Source: Chloroflexota bacterium (lineage in GTDB: Bacteria; Chloroflexota; Limnocylindria; Limnocylindrales; Limnocylindraceae). Taken from it: a stretch of DNA of 34,836 nt. The notes below the pieces were generated by a model that saw only the letters and a list, made by a program, of their open reading frames with translations, was not told the origin of the DNA and did not search any database. The first letter of the stretch is position 1, and each line of letters begins with the position of its first letter. The stretch lies in assembly GCA_041180765.1 (NCBI GenBank), contig JBEGQU010000055.1, forward strand, positions 1 to 34,836, given 5' to 3'. The translations under genes and the position numbers were made by a program. Shown in pieces: positions 16,000 through 23,924 of this stretch.

Positions 16000-16001
16000 A
16001 C

Positions 16002-16100
16002 TCTCCCCATCGCGACAGGGGAGCGCCTCGGGCGCTGAGATGCGGAACGTCCGCGAACCCTCGGAACCTGATCCGGGTCATGCCGGCGAAGGGAGACGCA
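16002..16100 (+). promoter_or_regulatory. TPP (THI-box) riboswitch
   Basis: CAGGGGAGCGCC-UCG-GGCGCUGAGA ... ACCC-UCG-GAACCUGAUCCGGGUCAUGCCGGCGAAGGGA matches the conserved THI-box core (CUGAGA, ACCC, GAACCUGAUC, GCCnGCGnAGGGA). It sits directly upstream of thiamine genes. The outer P1 boundaries are uncertain. Confidence 0.85.
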
Positions 16101-16125
16101 GCCCCCGCGACAGGAAGGTGGGCCC

Positions 16126-16782
16126 GTGCGCGCATTGATCCTCTCCGGCGGCGATCGACCCGATCGGGCGGCGCTCGACGCCGCGCATCCGGGCTGGGAC
16201 GACGCTGCGCTGGTGATCGCCGCCGACTCCGGCGCCCGCCATGCCGCCCCCCTCGGACTGCGGATCGACCTGGCGATCGGGGACTTCGACTCGCTCGACG
16301 CCGGAGAGCTGGCGGGCCTCGCCGCCGCCGGCGCCCGCGTCGAACGGCACCCTCCCGAGAAGGATGCGACCGACACCGAGCTGGCGCTGCTCGCCGCGAT
16401 CGCGGCGGGCGCGACGGAGATCGCGATCCTCGCCGCCTGGGGCGGGCGCGCGGACCAGGCGCTGGGGACGGCCCTGCTGCTCGCGCACCCGCGGGTCGCG
16501 GCGGCAGGCGTGCGGCTCGAGATCCTCGACGCGACCAGTCGCATCCGCCTCCTGCGCGCCACCGAGCGACTCGAGCTCCGCGGCGCGCCCGGGAGCGTCG
16601 TCTCGCTGTTGCCGCTGGGCGGCGACGCGACGGTGAGTGCCGAAGGGTTGCGCTGGCCGCTCGATCGCGCAACCTTGCGCGCCGGCGAGTCCCGCGGCCT
16701 GTCGAACCTCGTCGTCGGTGCGCTCGCAACGGTACGCGTCCACCAGGGCGCGCTGTTGGTCAGCGAAGGGGGTGCGGAGTGA
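16126..16782 (+). CDS. thiN: thiamine pyrophosphokinase (TPK/ThiN type)
   Basis: 218 aa with a GTG start after the AGGAAGG SD. Motifs IAADSGA, GDFDS and KDATDTELAL are typical of thiamine diphosphokinase. Confidence 0.85.
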   Translation: MRALILSGGDRPDRAALDAAHPGWDDAALVIAADSGARHAAPLGLRIDLAIGDFDSLDAGELAGLAAAGARVERHPPEKDATDTELALLAAIAAGATEIAILAAWGGRADQALGTALLLAHPRVAAAGVRLEILDATSRIRLLRATERLELRGAPGSVVSLLPLGGDATVSAEGLRWPLDRATLRAGESRGLSNLVVGALATVRVHQGALLVSEGGAE

Positions 16783-17372
16783 ACGGCACGGCGAATAACG
16801 ATCGGCGAACCGCGGCGCGGCGTACCTGGAGCCTCCTCGACACGGTCACCGTGGCGACCGTCGGCGTCGCCTGCGGCGTCCTCTTCGCCGGGTGGAACCT
16901 GCTCTGGGGCGCTGTATCGCCGCTCTTCGCGGCGCTGCTCCCGCTGCAGTACCTCCTCTTCGCCGGCACATGGGTCATCGCCGGGCCGCTGGCGGGGCTG
17001 GTCGTCCGTCGACCGGGCGCGGCGCTCGCCGGCGAGGTGGTTGCCGCGTCGGTCTCGTTCCTGTTGGCGAGCCAGTGGTCGGTCGACGCGCTCTTCTCGG
17101 GCGCGGCCCAGGGCCTCGGGGCCGAGCTGGCGCTGCTCGCCTTCGGCTATCGCCGCTTCGGTGTCGGCGTCGCGCTGCTCGCCGGCGCGCTCTCCGGCGT
17201 CGGCATGGCGCTGCACGACCTGCCGCTCTACTTCGCCGGCGTCGATGCGGCGTTCGCCCAGGCACTCGCCGCGGCGATGATCGCCAGTTCGGCGCTCGTC
17301 GGCGGGCTCGGCGCGCACCTCATCGAGCGCGGGCTGCGCCGCAGCGGAGCCCTCCCGCCCGTCGCCGCGTGA
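16779..17372 (+). CDS. ykoE: YkoE-like substrate-capture (S) component of an ECF-type thiamine/HMP transporter
   Basis: The GTG overlaps the TPK stop (GTGA). 197 aa with about 6 TM helices. RRPGAALAGEVVAASVSFLL and AAQGLGAELALLAFGYRR resemble B. subtilis YkoE (RKPGAALVSEIIAALVE, IVQGLGAEAVFLATRWK). Confidence 0.8.
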   Translation: MNGTANNDRRTAARRTWSLLDTVTVATVGVACGVLFAGWNLLWGAVSPLFAALLPLQYLLFAGTWVIAGPLAGLVVRRPGAALAGEVVAASVSFLLASQWSVDALFSGAAQGLGAELALLAFGYRRFGVGVALLAGALSGVGMALHDLPLYFAGVDAAFAQALAAAMIASSALVGGLGAHLIERGLRRSGALPPVAA

Positions 17373-17382
17373 TCCCGCGCCG

Positions 17383-19485
17383 ATGACGCCCGAGGTCCGG
17401 CTCGCCGACCTCGTCTGGCAGCCGGCGGGCGCCGATGCGCCGACCCTCGACCTGCGCGGGGTGCGGTTGCACGTACCGGCGGGCGGACTGCTCGTCGTGG
17501 AGGGGCGCTCCGGCGCGGGGAAGACCACCCTCCTCCGTGCGCTGGCCGGGCTCCTCGGCACGCTGCTCCCCGGCGACCTCCGGGGCGAACTCACCGTGGG
17601 TGGGGTCGACCTCGTCGCCGCCGCAGGACGCCTTCCCGGGCCGCCGGTCGACCACCTCGCCGGGCTCGGCCTCCTCCCCGCCGGCCCCGCCCCGGCCAAC
17701 GCGCTGCCACGCCTCCTCGACGACGCCGCCCTTCCGCTCGAGGCGCGCAGGTTCCGACGCGCGGCGATGGCCCCGGCGATCCTCGCCGCCGCGGGGCGGG
17801 CGGGCCTCGCGACGCCGCTCCTCGAGCGCGGCGTCGGCGACCTCAGCGGCGGCGAGCGCATCCAGGCGGCGGCCCTCGTCGCCCTCGTCGCGGGCCCCTC
17901 GCTGCTGCTCGCCGACGAGCCGTTCGCCGGGCTGGATGCCGGCGCGGCGGCGCACCTCCGCGCGACGCTGCTCGCCGAGCGGGCGACGCGCATCATCGCC
18001 GTCCACGACGCCGGGGAGGTCGGGGATCCATCGGCGCAGGTACTGCGGATCGGTGCGCCCGCGACGCGCGTTCGCGTCGCGGTGCGCGACCGGCGACCGC
18101 GCGAGCTGCCGGCGCACGGGCACGGCGACGCCCGACCCGTGCTGCAGGCGATCCGCATCGCCTCGCGCGCGCGGCCCGTTTCCGCCGCGAGCTTCGCGCT
18201 CTTCCCCGGCGAGCCGACGCTGCTCGAGGGGGCAACGGGGAGCGGCAAGTCGACGCTGCTCGCGCTCGCCGCGGGGGTGCTTCCCGCCGACGAGGGCGAG
18301 CGGCTCGTCGACCCACATCAGCGCATTCGCCTCGCGCCGCAGGACCCGGGGCTGCTGCTCGGCGCACGCCCGGCCGCGGAGCGCCTCGCGCGCGGCGAGC
18401 GCCCGGCCGCCGAGCGCCTCGCGCGCGCCCTCGACGTCGCCCACCTGCTCGACGTTCCGCCGGGCCGCTGTTCCGACGGCGAGCGCCGTCGCCTCGCGCT
18501 CGTGGTCGCCCTCGCCGCATCGCCGACGATCCTCGTCGCCGACGAACCGACCGCCGGGCTCGACGACGAGCGGGCCGCGACCGTGGCGCGCCTGCTCGAC
18601 GAGTGCGCCGCCGCGGGCGCGGCGCTGCTCGTGGCGACGCACGATCCGCGGCTGTACCTGCAGCGGGAGCGGCGGCTGCTCCACCCCGCCGAGACCGCCG
18701 CACCCGCCGCGGCGCCGGGTTCGACGGTGCGCCTTCCCGCCCCCGCGGCCGTGGCGGTCGATGCGGCGCAGCAGCTGCTCAGCCCCGCGCTGCCGCGCCG
18801 CCTCCTCGGCACGGCGAACCCGCTCACGCGCGCCGGGCTCGCCCTCTTCTGGTTCGCCCTCTCGCTCCTCAGCCCGACGACCCTCGTCGCCCAGGGGGCG
18901 ATCGCCCTCCCGGTGCTCCTCGTCGCCTGGCTCTCCGGGGTCGAGCTCCTCGCCACGCTCCGCCTGGCCGCAGCCCTCGCGCCGGCGATCGCGGGGCTGG
19001 TGCTGGCGAACCTGCTCGGTGGCGCGAGCGGCGAGGAGGCGGTCGGCGCCGGGGCGCGCCTGGTCGCCTTCGCCGCGGGGAGCCTCGTCCTGCTCCGCCC
19101 GTTCGAACCGCTTCGCCTCGCCGACGCGGCGATCGAGTGGCTCCGGGCCCCCTTCGCCGCGACGATGGCGCTGCTCGCGACCGCCGCGACGATCCCCGCG
19201 ATGCGCGCCGAGGCGCGCGAGCGCCGGGCGATCCGACGCCTCAGCCGCAGCGCTGCGGACCCGCTCCTCTTCGTCGATACCTTCGACGCGCTGGTGCGCG
19301 CGGTGCCGGCACTCGCCATCGCCCTCGAGATCCGCGGCGTGAGGATCCCCACGCGCACCGCCCCGCCGACGCGCCTCCGCCCATCGGGCTTCGGCCGCGC
19401 CGACGCACTGCTCGTCGCCGCGAGCGCGGGAGGCCTGCTGGTCAGCGTCGTCCGCGCGATCGCCGATGCTATCCTCGCGCCATGA
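17383..19485 (+). CDS. fused duplicated ABC ATPase (YkoD-like) plus EcfT/CbiQ-type transmembrane component (YkoC-like)
   Basis: 700 aa. NBD1: GRSGAGKTT, LSGGERIQ, LLLADEPFAGLD, AVHD. NBD2: GATGSGKST, degenerate signature CSDGERRR, ILVADEPTAGLD, VATHD. The C-terminal ~250 aa are polytopic and carry ARERRAIRRL, an EcfT-like Ala-Arg region. Confidence 0.8.
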   Translation: MTPEVRLADLVWQPAGADAPTLDLRGVRLHVPAGGLLVVEGRSGAGKTTLLRALAGLLGTLLPGDLRGELTVGGVDLVAAAGRLPGPPVDHLAGLGLLPAGPAPANALPRLLDDAALPLEARRFRRAAMAPAILAAAGRAGLATPLLERGVGDLSGGERIQAAALVALVAGPSLLLADEPFAGLDAGAAAHLRATLLAERATRIIAVHDAGEVGDPSAQVLRIGAPATRVRVAVRDRRPRELPAHGHGDARPVLQAIRIASRARPVSAASFALFPGEPTLLEGATGSGKSTLLALAAGVLPADEGERLVDPHQRIRLAPQDPGLLLGARPAAERLARGERPAAERLARALDVAHLLDVPPGRCSDGERRRLALVVALAASPTILVADEPTAGLDDERAATVARLLDECAAAGAALLVATHDPRLYLQRERRLLHPAETAAPAAAPGSTVRLPAPAAVAVDAAQQLLSPALPRRLLGTANPLTRAGLALFWFALSLLSPTTLVAQGAIALPVLLVAWLSGVELLATLRLAAALAPAIAGLVLANLLGGASGEEAVGAGARLVAFAAGSLVLLRPFEPLRLADAAIEWLRAPFAATMALLATAATIPAMRAEARERRAIRRLSRSAADPLLFVDTFDALVRAVPALAIALEIRGVRIPTRTAPPTRLRPSGFGRADALLVAASAGGLLVSVVRAIADAILAP
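18367..18432 (+). repeat. in-frame 33-nt tandem duplication inside NBD2
   Basis: The first 28 nt of the two 33-nt copies match at 27/28 positions. They encode RPAAERLARGE / RPAAERLARAL. Confidence 0.9.
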
Positions 19486-19967
19486 GCCCGCTCGGCGTCC
19501 ACCCGCAACCCGGCAGCGCCGCGCCGTCCTTCTCCCTGCGCGACGCCGACGGCGTCGTGCGTTCGCTCGCCGACGCGGCGGGCCGCTGGCTCGTCCTCTA
19601 CTTCTACCCGAAGGACGACACGCCCGGCTGCACCGTCGAGGCCTGCGAGTTCCGCGACGCGGAGGGGTCGCTACAGGGCGCCGGGGCGATCGTCTGGGGG
19701 GTGAGCCCCGACGACCAGTCGAGCAAGGCCGCCTTCCGCGACAAGTTCGCCCTCAACTTCCCGATCCTCTCCGATGTCGACCACGCCGTGGCGGAGGCGT
19801 ACGGCACCTGGGGCGAGAAGCAGATGATGGGGAAGTCCTACATGGGCACCCACCGCGTCACCTTCCTCGTCGATCCCGAGGGGCGGATCGCCCGTGTCTG
19901 GGAGCGCGTCACCCCCGCCGGGCACGCCGCCGAGGTCCTCGCCGAGATCGCCGCCCGCCGCGCCTAG
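19482..19967 (+). CDS. bcp: thiol peroxidase / peroxiredoxin Bcp
   Basis: The ATG overlaps the stop of the fused transporter gene (ATGA). 161 aa with YFYPKDDTPGCTVEAC (peroxidatic Cys motif) and FPILSD. Confidence 0.9.
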   Translation: MSPLGVHPQPGSAAPSFSLRDADGVVRSLADAAGRWLVLYFYPKDDTPGCTVEACEFRDAEGSLQGAGAIVWGVSPDDQSSKAAFRDKFALNFPILSDVDHAVAEAYGTWGEKQMMGKSYMGTHRVTFLVDPEGRIARVWERVTPAGHAAEVLAEIAARRA

Positions 19968-20025
19968 CCCTCGCGCGGCGCCCCGTCGCCCTTCGCGGCC
20001 GGGCACGGGATCCCGGGTCCCCTGA

Positions 20026-20031
20026 TACGAT
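20026..20031 (+). promoter_or_regulatory. possible -10 (TACGAT) for the respiratory operon, inside the ctgat-acg-atcag palindrome
   Basis: This is the only TAnnnT hexamer in the 110-nt gap. It would give a ~40-nt leader carrying GGAAAGG before GTG 20078. A 10-nt palindrome, cgggatcccg, lies just upstream. Confidence 0.25.
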
Positions 20032-20077
20032 CAGCACGGCGGCGCAAGCCCCTCGAACACCCACGGAAAGGCTGACC

Positions 20078-21907
20078 GTGACCCTCGAGACACAGGAGTT
20101 CCTCGTCCAGCCCGTCGACGCGAGCTGGCTGCAGTGCAACATCGAGTGCCAAGAGGCCTGCCCCGTCGGCACCAACTGCCGCGGCTACCTGAACCTCGCC
20201 GCCGAGGGGCGCTTCGAGGAGGGGTACCTCCTCTCCCGCGAGCCCAACCCGATCGCCGCGATGTGCTCCTACGTCTGCTCGGCTCCGTGCGAGCGCGCCT
20301 GCCGCCGCGGCGACATCGACCGTCCGCTGGCGATCCGCGCGATGAAGCGCTTCCTCGTCGAGTGGCACGCCGCCTCGGGGATCCCCCACATCGCCCCCGA
20401 GATCACCCCCCGCAGCGAGCGGGTGGCGGTGATCGGCGCCGGCCCCGCCGGCCTCTCGGTCGCCCGCGAGCTGGCGGTGAAGGGCTACCAGGTCACCGTC
20501 TACGACAGCTTGCCGTACGGCGGCGGCACGATGCTCATCGGCGTCCCTGCCTTCCGCCTGCCGCGCGAGGCGATCGAGACCGACGTGCGCCTGATCGAGC
20601 GGCTCGGCGTGCGGTTCGTCTACAACACCGAGGTCGGCCGCGACATCACCTTCGAACAGCTGCAGGCGGACTACGACGCGATCGCGATCTGCGCCGGCGC
20701 GATGGACGCCGTGGCGCTCGACATCCCGGGGGCCGACCTCGAGGGGCTCGTCTACGGCGTCGACTTCATGAAAGACGCCAACCTCGGCAAGCCGCTGCAG
20801 GTCGGCAAGGACGTCGTGGTCATCGGCGGCGGCTACACCGCGATGGACTGCTCGCGCACCTCGCTCCGCCACGGCGCCGAGCGCGTCACGATCGCCTACC
20901 GCCGCACGCGCTCCGAGCTCGTCGTCGACGAGGAGGAGCTGGGCGAGACGGAGCGCGAGGGGGTGCGCATGGACTTCCTCGTCTCGCCGCTCGAGATCAT
21001 CGGCGAGAACGGGCGCATCACCGGCGTGCGCATGATCAAGAATCGCCTCGGCGAGCCCGACGCGTCGGGCCGCCGCAGCCCCGTGCCGATCGAGGGCTCG
21101 GAGTTCATCCTGCCGGCCGACACGGTCATCCCCGCCGTCTCGCAGGCCGCCGACCTCGGGTTCCTCCCGGTCTCGAGCTCCTTCGAGGTCGCGCGCGGCC
21201 GCGTCAAGGTCGACCCCGCCACCTACGCCACGAACATCCGCGGCGTGTGGGCCTGCGGCGACTTCGTCACCGGCCCGGCGACGATGATCGAGGCGGCGGG
21301 CCACGCGAAGAAGTGCGCCTATGCGATCGATCGCTACCTGGCCGGTGCGGCGGTGCAGGTCGACGCCAACGTGCGCATCACCAGCTCCTGGCGCCACGAG
21401 ATGCCGGAGTTCTACGACCGGATCCCGCGCCAGCACATCCCGGTCCTCCCCCTCGAGGCGCGCCTCCCGTCCGCCGACCCGACGGTCAACTTCACCACCC
21501 AGGTCGAGCTCGGCTACGGCGCCCAGCAGGCGATCGCCGAGAGTACCCGCTGCCTGATGTGCAACTACAACATCTGGTTCGACCCGATGCGCTGCGTCCT
21601 CTGCGGCGCCTGCGCCGACGTCTGCCCCGAGGGGGTCATCCACATGGTCGACATCAACCAGCTCAAGGCGGAGGGGCAGCTCCCCGTGCTCAGCGAGGCC
21701 TACGGCTGGGAGAACGGGGCCGCCATGCTCCTCGACGAGGAGCGCTGCATCCGCTGCGCCCTGTGCGTCAAGCGCTGTCCCTTCGACGCCATTACGATGG
21801 AGCGGTTCGAGCTGCAGGAGATCAGCTCGGACGGGCGGCTCTACAAGGAGTCGTACCGCGACGGGCAACTGGCCGGCGTCGCCGGCATCGGAGGGGGTGC
21901 ACAGTGA
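20078..21907 (+). CDS. GltD-like NAD(P)H:FAD oxidoreductase with N-terminal Fe-S domain and C-terminal 2x[4Fe-4S] ferredoxin domain
   Basis: GTG start after GGAAAGG. N-terminal CNIECQEACP...CSYVCSAPCERAC. Two dinucleotide folds, VAVIGAGPAGL and VVVIGGGYTAMDC, plus VWACGDF. C-terminal CLMC..., CVLCGACADVCP and CIRCALCVKRCP. Confidence 0.8.
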   Translation: MTLETQEFLVQPVDASWLQCNIECQEACPVGTNCRGYLNLAAEGRFEEGYLLSREPNPIAAMCSYVCSAPCERACRRGDIDRPLAIRAMKRFLVEWHAASGIPHIAPEITPRSERVAVIGAGPAGLSVARELAVKGYQVTVYDSLPYGGGTMLIGVPAFRLPREAIETDVRLIERLGVRFVYNTEVGRDITFEQLQADYDAIAICAGAMDAVALDIPGADLEGLVYGVDFMKDANLGKPLQVGKDVVVIGGGYTAMDCSRTSLRHGAERVTIAYRRTRSELVVDEEELGETEREGVRMDFLVSPLEIIGENGRITGVRMIKNRLGEPDASGRRSPVPIEGSEFILPADTVIPAVSQAADLGFLPVSSSFEVARGRVKVDPATYATNIRGVWACGDFVTGPATMIEAAGHAKKCAYAIDRYLAGAAVQVDANVRITSSWRHEMPEFYDRIPRQHIPVLPLEARLPSADPTVNFTTQVELGYGAQQAIAESTRCLMCNYNIWFDPMRCVLCGACADVCPEGVIHMVDINQLKAEGQLPVLSEAYGWENGAAMLLDEERCIRCALCVKRCPFDAITMERFELQEISSDGRLYKESYRDGQLAGVAGIGGGAQ

Positions 21908-22632
21908 GCCTTCTGGCGAGGGTCGATCAGGCGGTCCGACGATCGTCGGCCTGGCGCTCCATCTTCCGCAACTCCTATCCCAACGACGAGCGGAGCCGCG
22001 CCTATGCGGTGATGAACAACGTCTTCCTCCACCTCCACCCCGTGCGGGTTCGCCAGCACGCGGTGAAGTTCGCCTACACCTTCTGCCTCGGGGGCCTCTC
22101 GTTCTTCCTCTTCCTGGTGCTCACCGTGACCGGGGTCTACCTGATGTTCTTCTACGCGCCGTCGGCGACCCAGGCCTACAGCGACATCCTCAAGATCCAG
22201 ACGCTCGTGCCGTTCGGCCAGATCACCCGCAACGTGCACCGATGGGGCGCGCACCTGATGGTCTTCTTCGTCTTCCTGCACATGATGCGCGTCTTCTACC
22301 ACGGTGCCTACAAGCCGCCGCGCGAGTTCAACTGGGTCGTCGGCGTGATCCTGCTCTTCCTCACGCTGATGCTCAGCTTCACCGGCTACCTGCTGCCGTG
22401 GGACCAGATCGCCTACTGGGCGATCACGATCGGTTCGAACATGGCCGGCTACGCACCGCTCTTCAACACGCCGTCCAAGCTCCTGCTCCTCGGCGGCCTC
22501 GAGGTGGGGCAGAACACCCTGCTGCGCTTCTACGTGCTCCACGTGATGGTCTTCCCGCTCCTCGCGGCGGTCTTCCTGGCGGTCCACTTCTGGCGGATCC
22601 GCAAGGACGGCGGCATCAGCGGGCCCCTGTGA
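21904..22632 (+). CDS. cytochrome b6-type (N-terminal, four-helix) cytochrome b
   Basis: The GTG overlaps the flavoprotein stop (GTGA). Two His pairs 14 residues apart (HRWGAHLMVFFVFLH and LHVMVFPLLAAVFLAVH). FCLGG cysteine present. C-terminus HFWRIRKDGGISGPL resembles b6. Confidence 0.9.
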   Translation: MSLLARVDQAVRRSSAWRSIFRNSYPNDERSRAYAVMNNVFLHLHPVRVRQHAVKFAYTFCLGGLSFFLFLVLTVTGVYLMFFYAPSATQAYSDILKIQTLVPFGQITRNVHRWGAHLMVFFVFLHMMRVFYHGAYKPPREFNWVVGVILLFLTLMLSFTGYLLPWDQIAYWAITIGSNMAGYAPLFNTPSKLLLLGGLEVGQNTLLRFYVLHVMVFPLLAAVFLAVHFWRIRKDGGISGPL

Positions 22633-22642
22633 GCGCACGACG

Positions 22643-23242
22643 ATGAGCGAGAAGCCGGTAGAGCAGCGGGCCCAGGGGAGCAGCCTCCCGGTCGACCCGT
22701 CGCGCCGCACCGAGATCGACAAGCAGCGCGTGCCGATGGCGGCGCGCCCCTACCGCCTCCTGGCGCTGGTCAAGCAGGACGCCGTGGTGCGGGTGCAGAA
22801 GGAGCCGGACGACACGGTGATGACCTGGCCGCACCTGCTGACGATCGAGTTCCTCGCCGCGGTCGCGATGAGCATCTTCCTGCTCCTCCTCGGCCTCTTC
22901 ATCAACGCGCCGCTCGAGGAGCTGGCGAACCCGAACGTCACCCCCGCCGTCGCCAAGGCCCCCTGGTACTTCCTCGGCCTGCAGGAGCTGCTCGCCTACT
23001 TCCACCCGACGGTCGCGGGAGCGCTGACGCCGATCGCGGTGCTCGTCGGCTCGGCGCTGATCCCGTACCTCGACCGCCGCAACATCCACAGCACCCGCCC
23101 GAGCGACCGCAAGCTCGAGGTCTCGCTCTTCTCGCTCCTCTGGGCGCTCGGCCTGACGGTGACCTTCATCGGCATCTTCTTCCGCGGCCCCGGGTACTCC
23201 TTCATCCTGCCGTGGTCCACCGGCTTCTTCTTCAGCCTGTGA
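22643..23242 (+). CDS. cytochrome b C-terminal part (subunit IV-like)
   Basis: 199 aa with 3 TM helices. Qo-loop region NPNVTPAVAKAPWYFLGLQELL corresponds to the PEWY segment. Confidence 0.85.
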   Translation: MSEKPVEQRAQGSSLPVDPSRRTEIDKQRVPMAARPYRLLALVKQDAVVRVQKEPDDTVMTWPHLLTIEFLAAVAMSIFLLLLGLFINAPLEELANPNVTPAVAKAPWYFLGLQELLAYFHPTVAGALTPIAVLVGSALIPYLDRRNIHSTRPSDRKLEVSLFSLLWALGLTVTFIGIFFRGPGYSFILPWSTGFFFSL

Positions 23243-23255
23243 TCGGGGGAGCACG

Positions 23256-23924
23256 ATGAGCCACTACTCCGTGGAACCCGCCGACAAGCCCAAGGCGCTG
23301 ACCGCCCAGACGATCAAGGCGCTGCGCCACGAAGAGGTGCAGGGGATCTCGCGTCGCAGGCTGCTGCGCACGACGATCGGCGCCGGCTTCGCACTCTGGC
23401 TGCTCGAGGTGACGACCGGCACCCTCGGCTTCCTCTGGCCCAACCTCGAGGGCGGCTTCGGCGGCAAGGTGCGCATCGGCACCCTCGACGACCTGAAGAA
23501 GGGGAACGTGGGCCTTCCGATCGCCGAGGGCTACCCCGCCTACGTGCAGGAGGCGCGCGCCTTCATCATGCTCGTCGATCCGAGCCGCCAGGAGTTCGTG
23601 CCGGGCGAGGATCCGACCGGCGAGGGGAGCGCGCTGAACGTGCGCGCCCTCTACCAGCGCTGCCCGCACCTCGGTTGCAAGCCGAACCCGTGTATCAAGA
23701 CCTACTGGCTCGAGTGCGCCTGCCACGGCAGCCGCTACGACCGCCTCGGCACCAAGGCCGACGGCCTCGGCCCGGCGCCGCGCGGCATGGACCGCTTCGC
23801 CCTCTCCGTCGACGACAGCGGCGTGTTGACGCTCGACACCGGCAAGATCAGCCTCGGCTCCGCGCCCGTCGCGCTCGGCCAGCCGGGGATCGAGGCGCCG
23901 CGCGCCGCCACGGGGTGCATCTGA
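23256..23924 (+). CDS. Rieske [2Fe-2S] subunit with Tat signal
   Basis: SRRRLLRTTIGAGFALW twin-arginine signal-anchor. Cluster boxes CPHLGC and CACHGSRYD. GGGGGAG SD upstream. Confidence 0.9.
   Translation: MSHYSVEPADKPKALTAQTIKALRHEEVQGISRRRLLRTTIGAGFALWLLEVTTGTLGFLWPNLEGGFGGKVRIGTLDDLKKGNVGLPIAEGYPAYVQEARAFIMLVDPSRQEFVPGEDPTGEGSALNVRALYQRCPHLGCKPNPCIKTYWLECACHGSRYDRLGTKADGLGPAPRGMDRFALSVDDSGVLTLDTGKISLGSAPVALGQPGIEAPRAATGCI

Noticed and set aside
16002-16016. Exact P1 helix and transcription start of the TPP riboswitch. tctccc at 16002-16007 could pair with gggaga at 16091-16096. A TAGACT hexamer at 15997-16002 would instead put the TSS near 16009.
   Set aside because: The two readings are mutually incompatible and I cannot resolve them by eye. 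The conserved aptamer core is secure, but the outer boundaries and expression platform are left open.
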